This document shows, piece after piece, positions 1 through 8,460 of a stretch of DNA of 35,745 nt. The DNA lies in the IMG/VR virus record IMGVR_UViG_2548876857_000008. One strand, 5' to 3'. The position numbers were made by a program, and so were the translations under genes. The stretch is from a virus. Taxonomy: Duplodnaviria; Heunggongvirae; Uroviricota; Caudoviricetes. Position 1 is the stretch's first letter. Every line of letters begins with the position of its first letter. The notes under the pieces are model-generated. The model was not told the DNA's origin and searched no databases. It saw only the letters and a program-made list of their open reading frames with translations.

Positions 1-19
1 TACGACCTCGTTTCATTAA

Positions 20-400
20 TCACTTCCGGGGTGATTTTACTGCTTCAGGTTCATCAATGATAGAGAATAATGGGAGCTGTCGGCGGGCGCTTTCAGAACG
101 CTGGATCTTTTTCACCACTTTGTAGATCCACTGCAAAGTCAGGTTGTACTTCTTCGCCAGTTCGCGGTAGTTGCGTCCATCACACTCCTGCCAGATTTTA
201 TAGTCCCGCGCCGATGTCATGAAGACCATGCCTTTGGGCAGGTAAATGGTTTGTCCGCCCCATGCCTGCATCATGTGATTAGCCACAGCGACGGCAATCT
301 GTTCAGCGATATCATCTTCCATTCCAACCATTTCTTTCAATGTGTTTGCGACGTGGTGCGCAAGGTCAGCAAAGATTTCTGGCTGTTGCGGTTCTTTCAT
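20..400 (-). CDS. mor: Mor/C-family transcriptional activator (middle operon regulator-like)
   Basis: Conserved Mor-like blocks GGQTIYLPKG and IWQECDGRNYRELAKKYNLTLQWIYKVVKK. ATG at 400 overlaps the upstream stop (ATGA) and follows a GGGAGGGG ribosome-binding site; the ORF-track start at 427 has none. Confidence 0.8.
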   Translation of the reverse strand: MKEPQQPEIFADLAHHVANTLKEMVGMEDDIAEQIAVAVANHMMQAWGGQTIYLPKGMVFMTSARDYKIWQECDGRNYRELAKKYNLTLQWIYKVVKKIQRSESARRQLPLFSIIDEPEAVKSPRK

Positions 401-801
401 CTTCCCCTCCCGACACGTGCCAGCCATTTTTTCAGTTGTTCAATCACCTGGCTGGCCTGCTGATTGTTAAGCCACTCCAGCCGGGCGACGCCTGTCTGGC
501 GTTGTACGAACTTATTTAACGCCGACAAACTGCCATCTCTGACCGTACCGCTGGAAGTCAGTTCCTGCCATAACGCGCGGATCATCGCAGACTGCTTATC
601 ATAGGAAGGAGGCTCTTTAGATGTGACTTTGAAGCCCTGTTTTTTCATCACAGCGAAAGCCTTAGCCAGTTGTGAGTCGCTCATTACCCGTAACGATTCA
701 CTGCCGCAGTGTGTTTTAAGTAATTGTCGATACGTAGCCTCATCCAGTCGCAGCTCTCGCCGGGCAACATGGATAACCCGCAATAATTGTGCTCTGTTCA
801 T
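397..801 (-). CDS. gemA: GemA / Mu gp16-like early regulatory protein
   Basis: 134 aa directly upstream of Mor, as in Mu. Basic N-terminus (MNRAQLLRVIHVARRELRLDEATYRQLL) resembles the gp16/GemA family. GGAGG precedes the ATG at 801. Confidence 0.6.
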   Translation of the reverse strand: MNRAQLLRVIHVARRELRLDEATYRQLLKTHCGSESLRVMSDSQLAKAFAVMKKQGFKVTSKEPPSYDKQSAMIRALWQELTSSGTVRDGSLSALNKFVQRQTGVARLEWLNNQQASQVIEQLKKWLARVGRGR

Positions 802-855
802 TCATTCCTCCGTGAGGCGGTTATGACAGGCACAACCGCTGGATAATCAATGTGG

Positions 856-1149
856 CTACACGTCACCACATTGGCAGATCCCAACCATCCTTACGGTTAA
901 TACCGATGGCTCATTTGCGGGAGATATGCAGCTTTTATCGAGGCAGTAATCTTTGCCACGAGATCGGACAACCGCTGAATCATTATTGACGCTGGTTATT
1001 TTCCCTGTTTTTGTCGTTATTCTGATGCGAGTGTTACGGGCGCTCATAGATACTTGCTGCCAGGCAAAACTCACTTTGTCGCCAATGCGAAACGGTACTT
1101 CTTTCTCGGCATATTTCCCGCAGGCCGGGCATTTAACAAACATCATCAT
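856..1149 (-). CDS. hypothetical zinc-ribbon protein
   Basis: 97 aa with N-terminal CPAC and C-terminal CQCG motifs. Overlaps the upstream gene by 17 nt within the early operon. Confidence 0.5.
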   Translation of the reverse strand: MMMFVKCPACGKYAEKEVPFRIGDKVSFAWQQVSMSARNTRIRITTKTGKITSVNNDSAVVRSRGKDYCLDKSCISPANEPSVLTVRMVGICQCGDV

Positions 1150-1411
1150 TTACTACCCCCAACCATTCAGCCAGTCGCGCCAGCTTTTTCGCTTTGCGAT
1201 AATCGATTAGCTTTTCCATACCGTTCTGCCGGAACTGTTCGATCATGATTTCCACATCAGCCATTTCATCCGCCAGCACAGCTTCGTCACAGAAGCCTGT
1301 CAAACCACGCGCGGTTGCGGCGCTGAGTTCGGCTGCTTCCTCGGCTAGCTTCGCCAGTTGTTTCTCCGGCCCCCACTTGCGTAAGGCTGCACGGTAGATA
1401 AGCGTTTTCAT
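1133..1411 (-). CDS. MazG-like nucleotide pyrophosphohydrolase (small all-alpha NTP-PPase)
   Basis: 92 aa with acidic motifs LAEEAAELSAA and DEMADVEIMIEQF typical of MazG/HisE-type NTP pyrophosphatases. GGAGG precedes the ATG at 1411. Confidence 0.55.
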   Translation of the reverse strand: MKTLIYRAALRKWGPEKQLAKLAEEAAELSAATARGLTGFCDEAVLADEMADVEIMIEQFRQNGMEKLIDYRKAKKLARLAEWLGVVNDDVC

Positions 1412-1602
1412 GCGCCTACCTCCGTTGCCGGGGTTAATTCCATAGTGGGAATAAAGGCGTTATAAGCCTGCTCGCAGTGCGGACAGAGCAAAATTAAATT
1501 TACGCACCACTCCTTATATTCATCAGTCTGCAATAAGCTTGCTTGTTGAAAATCCAGTTCAGTGACTTCTTTTTTGCAGTACACACATTTAATCGTCGCC
1601 AT
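1408..1602 (-). CDS. hypothetical small zinc-binding protein
   Basis: Two Cys pairs (CVYCKK, CPHCEQ). ATG at 1602 with a GGGGGTG ribosome-binding site; the track start at 1617 is TTG. Coupled to its neighbours. Confidence 0.5.
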   Translation of the reverse strand: MATIKCVYCKKEVTELDFQQASLLQTDEYKEWCVNLILLCPHCEQAYNAFIPTMELTPATEVGA

Positions 1603-1603
1603 C

Positions 1604-2221
1604 TCACACCCCCGCAATATTCAGCACGACAGGCTGGTATTTATCGCTATCACCGACACGCTGATAAACCCGCACGTAACTTGTTGAGTTCACCACCTGC
1701 ACCGACTCGCCAATGGCCTCCATTGCCTTCAGCCAGCGTGGGTCGGTAATTTCATAGCGGCGCAGCGCCAGTACGCGCCCGGTGGAGATGTTGCCCTCTT
1801 TATCTTCTGCGAATGCTTTCTCCACGATGACCTTCAGCTCTGGCGTGGCCTGTGCCGTCCACTCATGCAGGCACTCATCAATCAAGTTACGGGCGGCTTG
1901 TAACCGTTCATCAAAGGCGATGTTTTCGGCAATCTGGCGCTGGATCTTGTAGCGACCATCAAATGAATGCAGGGTGATGTTGCCTTTCTTGCCTCCGGGG
2001 CGGGCATCATATTGTTCAACGGACAAATCAATAAACGCCTGTATATCGCCAAAACAGCGGTTTTTAAACTCAAGTAATTCAGCATTCATTTTCATTGCGT
2101 CGGCGACGATCTCCTTTACCAGCGCATCGCGTGCGCGGTCAATGGGCTTGATCATAGACTCGGGAACCAGACAACCTTTGGCGTCCTGCCAGTAACCTGC
2201 GGGGATAGTTTTTTCAGTCAT
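1604..2221 (-). CDS. hypothetical early protein (possibly DUF3164-like, as found in Mu-like phages)
   Basis: 205-aa ORF with ATG at 2221 and an upstream GGAG. Family assignment is from memory only. Confidence 0.55.
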   Translation of the reverse strand: MTEKTIPAGYWQDAKGCLVPESMIKPIDRARDALVKEIVADAMKMNAELLEFKNRCFGDIQAFIDLSVEQYDARPGGKKGNITLHSFDGRYKIQRQIAENIAFDERLQAARNLIDECLHEWTAQATPELKVIVEKAFAEDKEGNISTGRVLALRRYEITDPRWLKAMEAIGESVQVVNSTSYVRVYQRVGDSDKYQPVVLNIAGV

Positions 2222-2292
2222 AAAATAGTCTCCAGGGTGATTTCAGGGTGTGCGAAGCCTGCCGGGTTGACGGCATTTTTCTGCGACCTGAA

Positions 2293-2388
2293 TTAATTAA
2301 ATAAGGCTATGAATATAAAAATCAGTGTAGTTATAGCGCTGGCCCATAATACAAAACGGTCAGCCAGCGATATCTTGCGGTATTGCAT
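2293..2388 (-). CDS. candidate small hydrophobic peptide (31 aa) downstream of B
   Basis: Hand-translated MQYRKISLADRFVLWASAITTLIFIFIALFN. ATG at 2388-2386 preceded by GGAAAGGA; TAA at 2295-2293. Below the ORF-track size cut-off. Confidence 0.3.
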   Translation of the reverse strand: MQYRKISLADRFVLWASAITTLIFIFIALFN

Positions 2389-2423
2389 CACGTCCTTTCC
2401 GGTTAATTTGTGAAATACCATTT

Positions 2424-3548
2424 TCACACTCCTTTAATCACATCCGCATTCACCACCGGCACGCCGATATCAGCGGCCAGATTCATTGCGGCGATAACCA
2501 GATTCCCCAGCGCCAGCGGATAAAGCAGACTGACGTCACCGCGTCGGGATGAATTACATAATCGGGCGCGGATAGCATCGGCGGTGCTATCATCCAGCAC
2601 CTCGGAAACACCTTTCCCGGTACGCTGAAATTTGAACGCCAGAAACGCTTCCAGATAGTTATCCAGCGGCAGCAGTTCGACGACCTCGCAGCGCTGTACC
2701 ACTTCGCGCACCTCCTGATTACGTTCAGAAAGTTTCAGCTTTAGCTCCGGCTGGCCAATCAACACCACCGACAGCAGTTTTTTAAAGCCGTCCTCCAGCT
2801 CAAAGAACCGCTTCAAATGCTTGAGCGTCGGCACCGGTAGCGAGTGCGCCTCTTCAATAACCAGACAATGTGAGAACCCGGCGCGGGCCGACTCTTTCAG
2901 CACCCGGTGCAACTGGCGGTAACGGGCCTCCTGCGAGCGTTTGACGTTCTCCAGCGGTGCGATGGTGTTGATGATGGCCTCGGCAATCGACGCCGCTTTC
3001 AGAGTTTTGCCTTTGGCGTCGTTGTCTTCCATCGCAATGATGTACGGTTCGATGAGGATAACTGGCGCGTTTTCACGGTTGATGCGATCAGCCAGGTCAC
3101 GGCGTAGCGTGGTTTTCCCTGCGCCGGATTCGCCAACTACGGCGATAAATCCGCCATGTCGCGCGGTCTGATACAGTGCTTCACGCACGTAGCGGATATC
3201 TGGCGTGGTGAACACGTCGTCCGCACTCTGCATAACCTCATCGGCGAACGGGTCGCGGAACAACCCAAAATGCTTCTTCGCCGCTGGATTTAATACCTGT
3301 TTTGCCAGTAACATATTTTCGTCCTCACTGGATGATGTACCGGTGCAGGCGGTGGCCGCCGTCTGCGCCTCCTTCAGTTCAATACCTTTTTCTGCAAAAA
3401 ATGTGCTGATGCGCTCCCGTAGTTCTTCTGTTTTCGGCCACAGGCCGTGATTAACCATCTGCGCGATAACCGCTGCGGAAACTCCGGTAGCCTGTGCTAC
3501 TGCTGCCTGAGTGATGCCACGCTGGCGCAACTGTTGTTTAATCTGCAT
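2424..3548 (-). CDS. MuB-like transposition ATPase (AAA+ target-DNA activator)
   Basis: N-terminal helix-turn-helix (GITQAAVAQATGVSAAVIAQ) and Walker A VVGESGAGKTT. Immediately downstream of the transposase, as in Mu. AGGGGGAG precedes the ATG at 3548. Confidence 0.85.
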   Translation of the reverse strand: MQIKQQLRQRGITQAAVAQATGVSAAVIAQMVNHGLWPKTEELRERISTFFAEKGIELKEAQTAATACTGTSSSEDENMLLAKQVLNPAAKKHFGLFRDPFADEVMQSADDVFTTPDIRYVREALYQTARHGGFIAVVGESGAGKTTLRRDLADRINRENAPVILIEPYIIAMEDNDAKGKTLKAASIAEAIINTIAPLENVKRSQEARYRQLHRVLKESARAGFSHCLVIEEAHSLPVPTLKHLKRFFELEDGFKKLLSVVLIGQPELKLKLSERNQEVREVVQRCEVVELLPLDNYLEAFLAFKFQRTGKGVSEVLDDSTADAIRARLCNSSRRGDVSLLYPLALGNLVIAAMNLAADIGVPVVNADVIKGV

Positions 3549-3557
3549 AACTCCCCC

Positions 3558-5303
3558 TTAACCGCCGACTACGTTCAGTTGCACTCGGGCGGTAAGCTGC
3601 TGCGCGGCGGCGTCCAGTTCTTCTTCCGCCACGCCTTCTGGCCAGCGTTTCACCAGTTCCTGATACAGTGCGACGTTCCATTCCGGCAACCGTGCTTTCA
3701 GCGCCTTCGCCGCCTCGACGTGAGTCAGACGCCGGGCTTCAACGCGTGGAGCGCGTACCGGGGAATCCTGACCACGACGCGGCAGGAACGCGGGCAGTTC
3801 GCTGTCGGTGATGGGTTTATACGGGTCAAGCCTGCCGCCGAACGGCAGCGCCTTCGCTTTACGCGCCGCAGCCGCGTCCGTCTCGTTATCTGTTCCGGTA
3901 ACAATCTGCTCAATCTGTTTAGCCGCAGTCTGCGCGGGTGTATCGGCGTGGCGCTTGTGATTCTGGCCCAGCACCGCCGCGCCTTCGGCAAAGCCGTATT
4001 CGTCCTTGCGGACTTCCTCCACCAGGTGAAAATACTCGTGGCCATCGTCACCGATGAGCACTACCTGCGCGGCATCGCTGCGCCACGGATTGCGGGTGAT
4101 CATCAGTTTTTCACCCACCATCACATCTGGCACGGTGGAGACGTCGTATTCCGTACCCTGAAACGACACGCGCAGCTTCGGCGTTATCTTGCGGCTTTCC
4201 GGCGCGGCAACAGCCAGTTCGCGGCAGACCTCCACCGATGGCGCTTTGATAAGCTGCTGCGCGGTGATGGTCATCCAGACGTTACTACGCGACTTGCCGT
4301 GGCGGGTGTGAATCGCGGTGGCGTTGAAGTGCTGCCGCCACAGGCGCGCTTTGGCGTTCAGTTCCTCCAGGCTGTGAACCGGCTGGAACTTCAGCCCCGG
4401 TTCAAAGCGGCGTTCGATAATGTCGCGCGCCTTTTCCACCTGCCCGGTGGCGCGGGCGTTGTGGGCTTTATGCGCCACCACGTCAATGCCCAGCGAACGA
4501 CAGAGGTTCTTCGTCATAGCGGCGGTGTTGGCCGAGCCGGGGTCGAGATACAACATATGCGGCACGCCGTGGAGCACATCCGCGCCGCCGCGCTCCTGCA
4601 TGGCATTGATGAGAACGGAACAGAGATTTTCGCCAGACTCCGCCCCCATCACGTATTCAACGTAGATCCAGCCGCTGGTATGGTCGGTCAGTTCATAGCT
4701 CCATACCCGGTCACTGGCGATACGTTGCAGGTTCTTCGGCTTGTTTTTGTAGAACGTCGCGCTGTCCATCACCTGTAACCCGCGCTGGCCGTTGCTGAGG
4801 TAGTACAGCGTGCAGAGCGAGGCGTCGATTTCCCAGACGTGATTGGGGTGCAGACTGGCAAGCTCCGTCACTGGCGCGGGCTGGCTGAGTTGATCCGGGT
4901 GCAGGCCGTAGCCACGCAGCGCCCGGATGATGGTGCTTTCTGACAATGGCACCCACTCGCCGCTTTCCTCATCCAGCCGCCCGGCGTCAATCTCGCCGTT
5001 GGCGCGTAACATCTCCACGGCATCAATGACGGAATACAGGCGCTTGCCGTTCTTACGGGTGGCTTCCGTCAGCGTAGCGGAAATCATCACCGCCTCATCG
5101 CGGGTCAGCGCGGTTTTTCCGGCGTCGGTGCGGCGCTTGCGTTTATCGGTCACGGCAACCTCCTTTATTCTGCGTAACAGCGTGGCGCGGGACAGGCCAA
5201 GTTCCGCGCAGGCGGCAGTGTAGATTGCGCCGCGTGCGCCATGCCCGGCCTGCCGTGCAGCCTGAGCAACAGCAACTAAGCGTTCGGTCATGACGGCGCT
5301 CAT
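3558..5303 (-). CDS. MuA-like DDE transposase (rve/integrase-core superfamily)
   Basis: N-terminal helix-turn-helix, then candidate D-D-E residues (HVWEIDAS, LYLDPGSANT, ATGQVEKARD; D to E spacing 36 aa). Lies between Ner and B. ATG at 5303 has a GGAAGG site 9 nt upstream; the track start at 5312 has zero spacing. Confidence 0.8.
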   Translation of the reverse strand: MSAVMTERLVAVAQAARQAGHGARGAIYTAACAELGLSRATLLRRIKEVAVTDKRKRRTDAGKTALTRDEAVMISATLTEATRKNGKRLYSVIDAVEMLRANGEIDAGRLDEESGEWVPLSESTIIRALRGYGLHPDQLSQPAPVTELASLHPNHVWEIDASLCTLYYLSNGQRGLQVMDSATFYKNKPKNLQRIASDRVWSYELTDHTSGWIYVEYVMGAESGENLCSVLINAMQERGGADVLHGVPHMLYLDPGSANTAAMTKNLCRSLGIDVVAHKAHNARATGQVEKARDIIERRFEPGLKFQPVHSLEELNAKARLWRQHFNATAIHTRHGKSRSNVWMTITAQQLIKAPSVEVCRELAVAAPESRKITPKLRVSFQGTEYDVSTVPDVMVGEKLMITRNPWRSDAAQVVLIGDDGHEYFHLVEEVRKDEYGFAEGAAVLGQNHKRHADTPAQTAAKQIEQIVTGTDNETDAAAARKAKALPFGGRLDPYKPITDSELPAFLPRRGQDSPVRAPRVEARRLTHVEAAKALKARLPEWNVALYQELVKRWPEGVAEEELDAAAQQLTARVQLNVVGG

Positions 5304-5305
5304 GG

Positions 5306-5605
5306 TCAGCATCCTTCCGGTAGTTCGGGAACTAACATCCAGTGGGTGATCTGTTTTGCCGGGTACGTTTCACTGGTGCAGTGAAACTCGCCATCAATAT
5401 AGTTAGCGGTTTCCACGCCGTAGCCATCACAGACCAGCACAAGGTCATAGTCACCAGGCAGTTGTGCGTCAGTGGCTATCCACGGTGAGGCCAGCGCATC
5501 CTTAAAAGCGACTCTCAGCAGTCGGCCACCGAGGATATCGGCGTTAAAGTGGTAACTCGGCTCCTGCGGAGCCTTAGCGAAATCAATAACTAATGTGCGG
5601 ATCAT
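5306..5605 (-). CDS. hypothetical early protein
   Basis: 99 aa; its ATG at 5605 overlaps the upstream stop (ATGA). Confidence 0.5.
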   Translation of the reverse strand: MIRTLVIDFAKAPQEPSYHFNADILGGRLLRVAFKDALASPWIATDAQLPGDYDLVLVCDGYGVETANYIDGEFHCTSETYPAKQITHWMLVPELPEGC

Positions 5606-6537
5606 GCGGCGTTCTCCTTATCGGTGGTCATCCAGTCCGGGCGTTCGATTTTAGGCGTGGGGTTTGTTACCCACTCCGGCGCGGCGTCACTGCGTGGTTC
5701 GACAGCAAGGCCAAACTCTTCACGCAGATAAACGGTGGCGCTGTCAATCTGGCATAACAGCCCGGTCATAAAGGCGTGAGGGTGCGTCTGAACCAGTGCC
5801 GAATGATGTTGATTCAGGACGGTAAAAGCTTCGTGGAGCTTGCCGCGAATAATGGCCTCGGCTTCGAAGGCAATAGCCATGACTTCCTTGCGCAACTGCT
5901 CGTCCTCCACATCCGGGGGCGGCGGCGCGATGCGGGATTTTTTGGCAAGCTGGGTGGAGAGGTTGTCGATTTTGCTGTTCTTGTCAGCCAGAACGCGGCG
6001 CTGGGCGTCGGCGTCCTCGCGAGCTTCACGCAGGGCGGCGCGGAGTTCGCGACTGGTCATACGGTCGATATCGTCGAGGGTTAGCCCGGCAACGGTGCCG
6101 CCTTCGGTCAGGGCAGTGAGTTCGTCGTCATCTTCTGCCATTAACTCGAATAGTTTGGTTTTACCCAAATGTGCCAGCGCTGGCATATTTGATTTCAGCG
6201 CTGGAGATAAATATTTGGTTGATGCCTGCATCATCCTTACTGACGTGCGATATGGTAAGCCCAGTTCCTTTTCAATAAGTTCGATAAACTCCCCATGCGG
6301 CTCATTCTCTTTCAGAATCACCAGGCGCTTACCCGCTTCCAGCATTGCCTCGGCGCTCTGCGACATATAAAACCGAGCCTCATGCACCACTCGGTCGCGC
6401 TCATACGGAAGGCCGTCGCCGAACTGCTGCATAATTTCGATGCGGTGTTCCGCCAGCGCGTTCAGGCTGACGTTCAGTTCAGTGTTCAGCGGTGCGTCCG
6501 GCACCAGTTCAACAGGTGGTGATTTTTGACGTGCCAT
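5602..6537 (-). CDS. hypothetical early protein (311 aa, acidic middle, coiled-coil-like centre)
   Basis: AAGGAG 7 nt before the ATG at 6537. No catalytic motif recognised. Confidence 0.55.
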   Translation of the reverse strand: MARQKSPPVELVPDAPLNTELNVSLNALAEHRIEIMQQFGDGLPYERDRVVHEARFYMSQSAEAMLEAGKRLVILKENEPHGEFIELIEKELGLPYRTSVRMMQASTKYLSPALKSNMPALAHLGKTKLFELMAEDDDELTALTEGGTVAGLTLDDIDRMTSRELRAALREAREDADAQRRVLADKNSKIDNLSTQLAKKSRIAPPPPDVEDEQLRKEVMAIAFEAEAIIRGKLHEAFTVLNQHHSALVQTHPHAFMTGLLCQIDSATVYLREEFGLAVEPRSDAAPEWVTNPTPKIERPDWMTTDKENAA

Positions 6538-6548
6538 TAACTTGCTCC

Positions 6549-6848
6549 TTAGCGACTGCCAGCCAGCAACCGCTGATTCATTTCATTCAGCCTGTCCTGA
6601 GCGCGTGTGACTTCCGTCGCGTGGGCGTGGGCGATTTGCAGCATCGCCATACTCATGGCGAAGCGCCCATTTTCCAGCCGTTGTACCAGTCCCTCTTCGA
6701 TCAGAGTGTCAGCGGCGCGGGTGATATTGGCCGGGGATTCATGCAACGCCGCCGCCAATTCGCCATTGGACAACCCAGTGAGCGAGTAGCCTTTCAGGGC
6801 TTTGAGTACGCGCAGGATACGTGCGCCGGAAGTAGAGGTGGGTTTCAT
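6549..6848 (-). CDS. winged-helix DNA-binding protein (IclR-N-type HTH)
   Basis: RILRVLKALKG...LSNGELAAALHESPANITRAADTLIEEGLVQR matches the IclR-type HTH pattern. ATGA overlap with the upstream gene. Confidence 0.55.
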   Translation of the reverse strand: MKPTSTSGARILRVLKALKGYSLTGLSNGELAAALHESPANITRAADTLIEEGLVQRLENGRFAMSMAMLQIAHAHATEVTRAQDRLNEMNQRLLAGSR

Positions 6849-7084
6849 GCATGCATCTCCAGTGGTTGGACATGGCGGCTGATGTAGTGGTCAGAACAGG
6901 TGATGTTGCCTGGATCGTCCGGGCCGTTCAGCCCGGCAAACTCATCAACCAGAAATACGCTATATGCGGATAATCCCTGCTGACGCGGAACGCGGCGAAT
7001 AAACGTGCCGTGGTATGGAGTTGATTGGCCAAATGAGGGCGTAATCAGTACGCGCTGGCTGGGGGTTAAATCGGTAGGTTTCAT
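6845..7084 (-). CDS. hypothetical early protein
   Basis: 79 aa with AAGGAG 6 nt before the ATG at 7084. Confidence 0.45.
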   Translation of the reverse strand: MKPTDLTPSQRVLITPSFGQSTPYHGTFIRRVPRQQGLSAYSVFLVDEFAGLNGPDDPGNITCSDHYISRHVQPLEMHA

Positions 7085-7094
7085 TGCGCTCTCC

Positions 7095-7331
7095 TTAGTT
7101 AGGTTCGTGCAGGATGCCCGGCACGATCTCTTTGCCGATGGTGCGGGACAGCTCTTTCAGAATGCGAAACGTCAGCCGTCCACGCGGCAAATCCTGTTTA
7201 CCCGCCCAGCGATCAACAGCTTGCGTAACCGTCCGGGGTTCGTAGCCGGTACTGATGGCGAACTGGCGAAAGTTGCTGCCCTGCTCAATCAGTCGCGCGT
7301 GGATTTGGTGTTTGTTCATTAGTTTGTTCAT
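7095..7331 (-). CDS. ner: Ner/Nlp-family DNA-binding regulator
   Basis: 78 aa, first gene of the leftward early operon and divergent from the repressor. FRQFAISTGYEPRTVTQAVDR resembles the Ner/Nlp HTH. GAGGG precedes the ATG. Confidence 0.8.
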   Translation of the reverse strand: MNKLMNKHQIHARLIEQGSNFRQFAISTGYEPRTVTQAVDRWAGKQDLPRGRLTFRILKELSRTIGKEIVPGILHEPN

Positions 7332-7412
7332 TTGTTCCCTCTGAGCTATTATGTACTCAATTGGGTTTATTGTACGTACTCAAACGGGCAAGTCAACGAC
7401 TAATATGCACAA
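7332..7412. promoter_or_regulatory. divergent early/repressor control region with repeated GTAC-core elements
   Basis: 81-bp gap between divergent ner and repressor starts. GTACTCAA occurs at 7353-7360 and 7376-7383, with TGTAC at 7352 and 7371. A TAATAT -10-like hexamer lies at 7401-7406. Confidence 0.45.
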
Positions 7413-7823
7413 ATGAACATAAAAGAAAGACTCAAAAAAATACTCGCTGACAAAGCGTTATCAATCACTGATGCTGCCGCACAGTGCGATATCCCATATC
7501 GTTCTCTACAAAACTATCTGCGTGGCGAGCGAGAACCAAATGCGGAGGCATTGATCTCAATAGGTACCCATTTGGGTATAAATATTGATTGGCTGCTCAC
7601 CGGCAGAGGAGGAATGTATCTGTCTGAACATGCGGATGTTTTGACTGAGCAGCCGGAATACAGCCATGCCGATTTGAAGTTACTGGAATTTTTGAATCAG
7701 TTGGAACCGGATGTACGAAAGGATTTGTTACGCAGTGCTGAAGAAAAACAGCGAGTGGCCGCCCTAGAAAAAAGATTAGAGGAATTGGCTTTAGAACTCG
7801 AAAGCCTAAAACGTTCGGCGTAA
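7413..7823 (+). CDS. XRE-family HTH repressor (c/cI-like)
   Basis: N-terminal HTH (LSITDAAAQCDIPYRSLQNYLRGEREPNAEALISIGTHLGINIDWLL) and coiled-coil C-terminus. Divergent from ner. No S24 peptidase domain. Confidence 0.7.
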   Translation: MNIKERLKKILADKALSITDAAAQCDIPYRSLQNYLRGEREPNAEALISIGTHLGINIDWLLTGRGGMYLSEHADVLTEQPEYSHADLKLLEFLNQLEPDVRKDLLRSAEEKQRVAALEKRLEELALELESLKRSA

Positions 7824-7861
7824 AGTGTTCTCATTAAGAACAAAACATGAAGGACTATGTT

Positions 7862-8383
7862 ATGAAACACTTTTTCTTACCTTTGGGGGTTTGTGCGCTG
7901 TTGTTGTCGGGATGTGGTGATGACGATGTTACACAGCCATCTGCATCGACAATGTTTACTGTTGAAACCGATAGTCCGGTAGTGAAGCGCGAATTGCCCT
8001 TTATTCGCCAACAGTGTCCAGGACTGGATAAATACGCAGCAAACTTTGATAAATTTAAGGTCTACGACGACACGATGCGTCCGGTGACAACGGTGGAGTT
8101 TCACGTCAAGAATGAGAACAGCATACCCGGTAATTACACCGCCTCTGATCATACCTGTTTCCTTTTCATCTCCAACAATACCCACGAAGTGAAGATTTCA
8201 AAATCCGCCTGCCAGTCTGTTTGCTTCGATAAAGCGGATGTGCCTGGTGGGGATCTGGTTGTGAAACTGGATAAAGAAAGAGTTCCTATGACTGCTGATA
8301 AGAAGCCGCCGCGCGAGGGGTGCCTGATGGTTTACTCGCCAGAGCCAAACGGGGATTACTGGACGTGTCCAAGACAAGATTAA
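7862..8383 (+). CDS. lipoprotein (signal peptide with lipobox LLSGC)
   Basis: MKHFFLPLGVCALLLSGC then a Cys-rich mature part. AGGA lies 7 nt before the ATG at 7862. Begins 38 bp after the repressor stop. Confidence 0.7.
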   Translation: MKHFFLPLGVCALLLSGCGDDDVTQPSASTMFTVETDSPVVKRELPFIRQQCPGLDKYAANFDKFKVYDDTMRPVTTVEFHVKNENSIPGNYTASDHTCFLFISNNTHEVKISKSACQSVCFDKADVPGGDLVVKLDKERVPMTADKKPPREGCLMVYSPEPNGDYWTCPRQD

Positions 8384-8460
8384 ACATGTTGTAAACAAAA
8401 CAAAAAAGCGTGCAGACAGCACGCATTTACTATCTAACTCTACTGAAGGTTTCAGATTCT

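Noticed and set aside
3447-4778. 443-aa plus-strand ORF covering much of the transposase region
   Set aside because: Antisense to the well-supported transposase gene. It is Arg/Gly/Leu-rich, as expected for a shadow frame in GC-rich DNA, and has no ribosome-binding site.
3558-5303. DDE transposase considered as an independent insertion sequence
   Set aside because: No flanking inverted repeats, and the gene is embedded in a coupled ner-A-B phage operon. It is the phage replicative transposase.
8198-8422. 74-aa minus-strand ORF overlapping the lipoprotein 3' end
   Set aside because: Antisense to a gene with a clear signal peptide and ribosome-binding site; it has no start context of its own.
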